DNA of 64,000 nucleotides from Candidatus Saccharimonadales bacterium (GTDB lineage Bacteria; Patescibacteriota; Saccharimonadia; Saccharimonadales; SZUA-47): NCBI GenBank assembly GCA_041737385.1, contig JBGSRU010000002.1, positions 461,437 to 525,436 of the forward strand, read 5' to 3'. Shown piece by piece: positions 60,841 to 64,000 of this stretch (position 1 is its first letter; each line of letters starts with the position of its first letter). The notes under the pieces were generated by a model. It saw only the letters and a program-made list of their open reading frames with translations, ran no database searches and was not told where the DNA came from. The position numbers and the translations under genes were made by a program.

Positions 60841-63800
60841 TTACTGGAGGATTTGGTAGTCAAAGCTGTAGGTTGTTGTGGCTGATGGGGCTGAGGTGAA
60901 GTTGATCTTGAAGCCGTTTACATTGCGGGTTACGAAGTAGTCTAGCGTTGCTGCTTCCGCGGTTAGTGGCGTGAGGGTTATTCTTGGTGTTGTCGCAAAA
61001 GGAATGTCAAATGTTACGTTGATTTGCTCTCCTGGGGCTAGAGGCCTCGTAGCTGTGTTTGTTCCGCTGGTGTATTCTATAGTACCTGCTGTGTCATTAC
61101 CTTCTAATGTGTAGGTGCTTCCCTGACCTGTTGTTGATACTCCTAGGACTGCAGTAGGGGTGTTGCCTTTTGTTATTATTCTATCTACTTTTAGGTCTGC
61201 TAGTTCTGTTGTGCCTGTTACCTTGAGGGAGGCTAGTTGGGTGGTTCCTGTTACTACTAGTTTGTTTGTGGTTATTTGGTTGGTTACAGTGATGTTTGCT
61301 TTGGTGAGGTTGTTAGTGGTTGACTCTAGGACAGTGAGGCGGTTCTTGATGAGGTTTATTTGATTGGTGTTTTGTTGGACTTGGAGGTCTAGTTCTTTGA
61401 GGGCAGAAGCTAGTAGTACGGTTACTTTTCCGTAGTCGAGTGAGTCAATGACACCGTTATTGTCATAGAAGACGATGTTAGAATCAATGGCAGCTACTTC
61501 TTCTGCGATGAAGCCTGTTTGTAGTCCGGTAGATTGTGTATCCACTGACGATTTGTAATTATAGTTTACTGGCCGTAACTGACGAAGAGCATCGAGTCCC
61601 AGGCCGTAATCGACAATGTTCTCTTTGTATTTAGCAGATGATGGATTACAGCGACTGAAGGCAGTGTTACCGTTACCGAATCCAGATAGATCACCCCAAC
61701 AGGCAACTCCCCCGCCGTAGTATGTAGTAGTTAAGTTATTTCCTATAGACGCACTACCTACAATTGAGGCACTTGCGTAGACGCCACCCTGCACTTGGGT
61801 TACGTTTGAGTTAGGTCGTAGCCATAGATCACCAGTGCTTCCAGCTGCGTCGATGTAGCCACTGACGCCGTTGTTGTGGATACGGGTATAGGCGCCTGCG
61901 GTGGCTGTGGTAGCTGTAGAAGCCCCACTCGGCCGGACAAACAGATTACCACCGTTCACATCTAGATCAGCATCACCGTATGTGTCCAGCTCGGCACCGT
62001 TTACCGCGTTGAGACCAACGCCGTAGGTTGCATTGTACCAGCCCGAGCCACCTGATGAACGGAACCAGTCGCTTGCACAGAAAGAGTTAGCGACGTTACA
62101 GTTGTAGCCGGCCTCAAACCTTGAGGCTAAAACCTCGCCATTAAACTCGGCATTACCTGATGCGTCTATAACAGCTAGTTGGGTGCCGTTGTACCCGCTG
62201 GCCCTAAAGCTAAATACACCGCCTGAGTATAGTTGCAGGGTGCTACCGCTGACACCAAAGCCATAGTTTGTGCTAAAGAGGTTAATCTTATCACTGACGT
62301 TAGAGCCGAAGGACAGCTGAGAGGTGTTACCTAGAGTTAAGTTGGTTCCGTTAAACTGGAGGTTAGAACTACCTGCAAGGGAGCCCGCACCAGCAAAGTA
62401 AGCTACTTGGTTAACTGAGCCTACACCAGCGATACCAGAACCAACGGGACTCCATGAACCACCGGAGTTCTTAGTCTCTATGATGCCAGCGTTATCTCTT
62501 ACACCGTAGCCAGTAGTACCTGAAGTTGTGCCGAAGTTTAGGTAGGAACCCGCGTTCACTAGCAGTTCCCCTGCTGCAGTAACCCTCAGCCTCTCACTCG
62601 TAGTAGTGCCGTTTGTTGTATTAAACGTTAGCGCTGTATTAAGTACTGTCGCAGTGTGAGTAGCAGTTGCAATCGCTTGAATACTGGCTGTTCTCACACC
62701 AGGCACTGTTAGTTCAGTGTCGTTACTCACAAAGTCAAAACCACCTAGAACATTGTTAGTTAAAATTGCTGCACGCACACTACGTAGCTTAATCTGCGAT
62801 GTAGTTGCATTTTCACCCACAACAGTTAGCCTTGCGTCAGGAAGTGAGGTTGTTGTTCCAGTACCGATACCTACGTAACCAGAGTTAGTTATGCGTAGCC
62901 TTTCTGTTAAAGCAGTAGTGACCGCTGTTTGGAATGCTATGTCGCCGCCACTGCCTGTTGTGTTTGTGCCACCTAAGGTTGCAGCACCACCAGTACCACC
63001 CTGGAATGTGAGCGTTCCGCCAAGTCCACCTGAGTTGATTCCGGTTGTCGAAGCGCTTGCTGATCCACCGGTACCTGCTCTTAGGTTAATAGCCGCACCA
63101 GTTCCACCGGTGTTATTGCCTGTACCTGCAACTGTTGCAGATCCACCTGAACCGCCAGTTATTGAAAGAGTACCGCCGTTTCCACCTGTTGAAGCTATGT
63201 CAGCAGCGTTTGCCGTACCACCTGCTCCTGATGTAAGCGCAACTGTTCCACCATTAGCGCCAGATGTTGTTCCTGTGTTGGTATCAATTCCGGCTGCACC
63301 AGCTGTGATTGCTACAGCACCGCCAGCTTGTGTTGGGCCTCTTGATGCTCCGGCTGTCAATGATATAGCTCCACCAGCGCGGTTAATAGTATTATCGCCA
63401 CCGGCTGCACCAGCAATTAAGGTGATTGCGCCACCGTTACCGCCTGTACCTGTTACAGATCCAGCACGACCGTTAATTGCTACTGCGCCGCCATTAGATC
63501 CTTGGGCTGCAGTCGATAGACCACCTTGGAGCGTAACAGTACCACCGTTGCCGCCATTATCAATACCTAGCCCGCCACTTCCAGCTGACAATGTAAGGTT
63601 TCCTCCATTGCCGCCAGAAAGTAGACCAGAACCTAACGTTGCGCCTCCACCAGTTCCTGCCTGCAAGTTAACTGAGCCACCTGCGCCGCCAGTGTTATTG
63701 CCAGTAGTCACACCGTTAGCTAAGCCACCAGTACCTGCTACGAAAGAGAACGCACTTCCAGCCCCACCAATGTTGTTACCTGTACCAGCGACACTTCCAG

Positions 63801-64000
63801 TGCCGCCTGCTCCGCCATTCAAGGATAATGTGCCACCAGCACCGCCAGTGGATTGTATATCACCGTTCGGTGCAGTCCCACCAGCTGCTACAGTAAGGGT
63901 AATCCCACCACTCGCGGCTCCAGAAACCACACCAGTAGCCAAGTTCAATCCACCTGCTCCAGATGTAACGCTAATCGCGCCACCAACACTTGCTCCACGT
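60841..64000 (-). CDS. Gly-rich tail-fibre-like protein with S74 intramolecular-chaperone domain and lectin-like C-terminus (5' end outside the window)
   Basis: The track 'M' at 63948 is a TTG inside a frame that stays open to 64000. About 340 aa of GGxGG(T/S) repeats. Tail-fibre motif ERLRITNSGYVGIGT. S74-type segment SSAKYKENIVDYGLGLDALRQLRPVNYNYK...GFIAEEVAAIDSNIV...DYGKVTVLLASALKELD (about 61369-61644). A final ~110 aa ends INVTFDIPFATTPRITLTP...VNGFKINF (H-type-lectin-like pattern). Confidence 0.8.
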   Translation of the reverse strand, partial: RGASVGGAISVTSGAGGLNLATGVVSGAASGGITLTVAAGGTAPNGDIQSTGGAGGTLSLNGGAGGTGSVAGTGNNIGGAGSAFSFVAGTGGLANGVTTGNNTGGAGGSVNLQAGTGGGATLGSGLLSGGNGGNLTLSAGSGGLGIDNGGNGGTVTLQGGLSTAAQGSNGGAVAINGRAGSVTGTGGNGGAITLIAGAAGGDNTINRAGGAISLTAGASRGPTQAGGAVAITAGAAGIDTNTGTTSGANGGTVALTSGAGGTANAADIASTGGNGGTLSITGGSGGSATVAGTGNNTGGTGAAINLRAGTGGSASASTTGINSGGLGGTLTFQGGTGGAATLGGTNTTGSGGDIAFQTAVTTALTERLRITNSGYVGIGTGTTTSLPDARLTVVGENATTSQIKLRSVRAAILTNNVLGGFDFVSNDTELTVPGVRTASIQAIATATHTATVLNTALTFNTTNGTTTSERLRVTAAGELLVNAGSYLNFGTTSGTTGYGVRDNAGIIETKNSGGSWSPVGSGIAGVGSVNQVAYFAGAGSLAGSSNLQFNGTNLTLGNTSQLSFGSNVSDKINLFSTNYGFGVSGSTLQLYSGGVFSFRASGYNGTQLAVIDASGNAEFNGEVLASRFEAGYNCNVANSFCASDWFRSSGGSGWYNATYGVGLNAVNGAELDTYGDADLDVNGGNLFVRPSGASTATTATAGAYTRIHNNGVSGYIDAAGSTGDLWLRPNSNVTQVQGGVYASASIVGSASIGNNLTTTYYGGGVACWGDLSGFGNGNTAFSRCNPSSAKYKENIVDYGLGLDALRQLRPVNYNYKSSVDTQSTGLQTGFIAEEVAAIDSNIVFYDNNGVIDSLDYGKVTVLLASALKELDLQVQQNTNQINLIKNRLTVLESTTNNLTKANITVTNQITTNKLVVTGTTQLASLKVTGTTELADLKVDRIITKGNTPTAVLGVSTTGQGSTYTLEGNDTAGTIEYTSGTNTATRPLAPGEQINVTFDIPFATTPRITLTPLTAEAATLDYFVTRNVNGFKINFTSAPSATTTYSFDYQILQ

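Noticed and set aside
60083-60980. Diversity-generating retroelement (template/variable repeat pair) as the explanation for the duplicated tail-fibre 3' end
   Set aside because: Differences between the copies involve all four bases and indels rather than adenine-specific substitutions. One copy is frameshifted, and no reverse transcriptase gene is present in the window.
52568-64000. Prophage or tailocin interpretation of the tail-fibre-like genes
   Set aside because: No capsid, terminase, portal, baseplate, sheath, integrase or lysis genes are present in the window. The genes flank parAB and carry signal-anchor and adhesin-type modules. A prophage beyond 64 kb cannot be excluded.

Overview
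Gene-dense, visibly AT-rich 64-kb chromosomal segment. Most genes lie on the minus strand and many are joined by 1-10 nt overlaps. About fifty are recognisable housekeeping genes: xseAB, rpmA, pyrG, ftsEX with an M23 peptidase and an S41 protease, prfB, secA, hpf, serS, rsmE, an RlmD-like methyltransferase, lysS, greA, proS, rseP, frr, tsf, rpsB, rpmE, prfA-prmC, htrA, an LCP protein, lepB and parAB. By inference only, the compact genes, the ProRS without an editing domain, the pilin-like adhesins, the giant tail-fibre-like surface proteins and the lysine-rich protein tails suggest a streamlined Patescibacteria/CPR bacterium of the Saccharibacteria type. RF1 and RF2 are both present, so it uses the standard code. 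The accessory content is the interesting part. (1) Three prepilin-signal proteins, two carrying discoidin-like or vWA adhesion modules, are followed on the same strand by a heliorhodopsin with a Lys/Thr/Ala-rich N-terminal tail; the four genes are bounded by one promoter-like box and one strong terminator. (2) Next to parAB lies an island with a 2124-aa tail-fibre-like protein, a REP-flanked RAYT (IS200-like) transposase, a relBE-like toxin-antitoxin cassette wedged between a Gly-rich tail-fibre gene (S74 chaperone domain plus lectin-like end) and a decayed copy of that gene's 3' end. (3) An orphan Fic-domain protein and three other orphan proteins each have their own near-consensus sigma70-type promoter. 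(4) Unusual architectures include a circularly permuted M23 domain and a LysRS fused to a DUF2000-like domain. (5) Two simple-sequence repeats are present: (GATA)11 in an intergenic region and a heptanucleotide x4.6 inside prmC. I found no rRNA, tRNA, CRISPR array, integrase or reverse transcriptase. All calls come from reading the sequence and ORF translations by eye; no searches were run.
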